A DNA stretch of 64,000 nucleotides, from contig NW_003314261.1 in the NCBI RefSeq assembly GCF_000143415.4, forward strand, positions 5,420,360 through 5,484,359. Direction: 5' to 3'. Numbering within the stretch: position 1 is the stretch's first letter; each line of letters opens with the position of its first letter. The stretch comes from Selaginella moellendorffii (taxonomy: Eukaryota; Plantae; Lycopodiophyta). Positions 61,060 to 64,000 of the stretch are shown here, one piece after another. The position numbers and the translations under genes are program-made. The notes below the pieces were generated by a model, which saw only the letters and a program-made list of their open reading frames with translations, was not told the DNA's origin and made no database searches.

Positions 61060-64000
61060 AAGTTCTTATAAAAATGACTCAAATGGTTTTGTCTACCCTG
61101 TAGCCCAAAAAGGTAAATATATCTTCTAATCAGTAAAGGATTAATATTTTACTATATTATATTCCTATTTTAAAAATAAATAGCTAGTAAGTTATAATAT
61201 AAAAATAAAAAATTAATCAACAATTGAAATTTTTTATTTTAGAGTAGGTTAAGATTTATATAATTCTTTGTCTTTCTTTGCACCAATAATTCTTTGCAAC
61301 AAATCTTAGGGTCTGACTAAACTAAATCATAAAGAATATATTATTATATTACCATTGATTTCATAACTTTGTATTCTTGGGATACTTTATCATTGCCTAA
61401 AACGATGAAGTTAATAAATCTGTGATAATATAGTAGATCACATGATGTTTTCAAAAAATAATGGAGTTATATAATTATCAATTTGAATGGATGACCATAT
61501 CTCAATTAGCTGTTCTTCTATTAGTATTCAAATACACTGATGTGTTTCTTTTTTATTTAATTTCAGTTCATAATACAATTTTGTTTTTTATTCTTTTATT
61601 GAAGTATCTACAAAGGTGAAGTAGATTAAATTAAGAGTATTTAGCATTCTGGTGATTTTATATAAAAATCTTAGTTGGGTAAAAGTGTTCTACACAACAA
61701 GTAGAACTCTATCTCAAATATTAAATTGAAAGTCTGCATATTGTTATAAGCTTGGTAAGGTTTAATCTCCAAGTTGATTCAATGACTCAACTTCAATTTC
61801 TCTTAAAATTTTATTTAGCTCTTTTGTAGCAATATGAAAAATTATATATAACAAGGAATAAATACCTAAAATATTAATAGCATCTGAGATTTAGGTCAAA
61901 TGTTAATTTGGAATTAATTTCCCTCACTTATCAATCTTAGTAAAGAATCAATTTCTTAACAGTAGTGGTATGATCACAATACAAAAGCTCACACTTAGCT
62001 CTATAACTCTAGCTTCTTCTCAAGAAGAGATTGAGTCAAGTTCTTTTAATGAAATCTTTGAAGGGAGGATGTACATGTAAATGCTTTAAATGAAATATCA
62101 ACTTATTCAACACCATAACAAATTTTTTAGCTGATTTTAAAGATTATACATATATGTGCATTAAGCATGGAGCATTTGGAGAAATCAATAAATCTAATAG
62201 ATACATTTCTAGGTAATGAATTTTATGCTTTTTTATTTTTTATACATGTCTAATATAAATTTGTGACATGTTGTTCCAGACAACCATTGTTACATGCAAA
62301 AAAGGTTTTACACTCTATAATAGCTTTAAAATATAGATAAGAGCTACTATCTACCTTTCATTCTTGAAACTAAGTTAATATAAAATATAAGAAAAGTAAA
62401 AAAAAAGCATTTTATTGCTGTTGCAAATACTTCATAAATTAGTCATTATTTTTCATCCAAACTCACTGATAATTTGTACTGAAAATGTGGATATCTTAAC
62501 TTGAAACTCTTTGGCATATTGTTAGGATTTTTTATAATTTTATAAAAAGAGCAATCCACTTCAAATTTCTTTACTAAATACCTTTTTATGTAATTTAGTA
62601 AGATATTTGTAAGTTACTAAATTTTCCATTTTATTTTAGTCACTTAACTATGCTTTTAACCATTTGGAAGAGTCTTACTTACAACCTCTATAAATCCTCA
62701 TCCCGACTTGGTTATTCCTCAAATATGTTCTCACAATGCACTAACTTCACATTTGGTCCAAACTCTTTATATGTTAGGTCTCATTTTGGATATCAAAGGT
62801 ACCTCTAATATACTAGCCTTTTATACTAAAGTTATCTCTGTTCTCAATATCACATTAATAGTCTAAAACCATTGGTACTACAATTTTATCTTTCCAAAAC
62901 TAAACCACCCATGCATGAGTGGTCTTTCTATGACCACACCTTAGCATCCTTAAAATGCCCTAAGACATAAAGAACACCATCCCTTAATATCCCTTCTTTA
63001 ATCCCTACTAAGTATTTTTTACCCATGGTAGTGTTCACCAATACCACTAGTGGTTTAAGCCTTAGGAGCCCATCCACTAAGTCTCATTAACTTATAGGAC
63101 TTCCTTATTATGTAACCATACCCTTGATCACCAAACAAAAGGACCACTCCTTTTCCTTTTCACAATTCAAAATTTTGGAATGATATTTTAAAATATTGTG
63201 GCCCAAAGTGAGTCTCATAGATACTCCCCCCACCTTCCATTACTAGGATACCTCAACCATGTGGCTAAAGTGAAGCTTCAATAAGCTATATAAGGTATTT
63301 AAATAAGTAGTGCCACCCATATCTAGATTGGGAGTATTGACCATTCAATCTCCTAAAGGAGTTAGAATCAACTCTTAAACACTTCACTCAGTCACTTTAT
63401 ATATCCATCTATATTCATTTTAACTTTGGACTCTTTAATGTTCTATCATCACTTAACATATAAGTATAGTTTTCTTTAGTCACATTAGCCTTTCTTGGCT
63501 AAACTGGTTCTATTGGAGTCCTCCCTCTATTATCTTATAATGACTTATTAAACCCTTTAGAGTCTGGGAGATGATTGTTTTGGGCTTTTACTCTTGGACT
63601 CAAACTTAGATTTGGACTTGGTTATAATCTCAGTTTTGGTCTTAGTTTTGGTCTCAATCTCAGTTTCAAACTCCATCTTGGATTCCATCTTAGGCTTCAC
63701 CTCAGACTCCATTTTAGGCTCCATCTTAGACTCTATCTTAAACTCCTTCTTAGACTTCTTAGACTCCTTCTCAGACTCTATCTCAAACTTTTTCTTGGTC
63801 TCAATCTTGGAAGTAGATACTTCCAAGTGTTACAACATTCACCATGTGTTGATCATTCTTTTGTCCCTTTTTGAGACTCATTTACCAATTGCTTCATATT
63901 TATTCCTCAAACACTTCTTTGAAAGTTCCACTCCTGCTCTTGACTTTTTAAGTTTGAGCTTTTAATCCAAATATGTTACACTTGTTGGACTTTTACCTTG
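61060..64000. other. AT-rich, CpG-depleted block, probably decayed transposon DNA, with a degenerate 12/6-bp tandem array at ~63590-63810
   Basis: No credible ORF; array units such as ctccatcttagg / ctctatcttaaa. Confidence 0.45.

Noticed and set aside
63557-63965. Lys/Glu-rich or Leu-rich ORFs
   Set aside because: Open frames produced by a low-complexity tandem array.

Overview
Eukaryotic plant nuclear DNA. The very short introns (about 45-90 nt), tight gene packing, GC-rich exons and a PPR protein made almost wholly of 31-aa repeats point to a lycophyte, most likely Selaginella (inference). Gene-dense core: two PH-START-DUF1336 (EDR2-like) paralogs, tRNA-Asp(GTC), an LPR/CotA-type multicopper oxidase, a small PHD-like zinc-finger gene, URM1, a PLS-E PPR gene, a divergent gene with a C-terminal NAC-like domain, LWD/AN11 WD40, the ferredoxin-thioredoxin reductase variable subunit, an ankyrin-repeat gene, a subfamily-II bHLH, a DUF1685 gene, an SPL8-clade SBP-box gene and CASPL5. 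Mobile DNA: a young 3.36-kb non-autonomous chromovirus (112-bp LTRs, AGGCC target-site duplication, PR/RT deleted) inside a degenerate gene, decayed Ty3/gypsy remnants at the left end and a decayed AT-rich block at the right end. A ~4.65-kb transposon nest contains an LTR and an IS3EU-like transposase relic, and is flanked by a ~1.35-kb direct duplication of the SPL8 3' end that shows mirror-image CpG decay. One 100-N assembly gap lies at 21707-21806. No CRISPR or prokaryotic features. All exon boundaries and family assignments were made by eye, without database searches.
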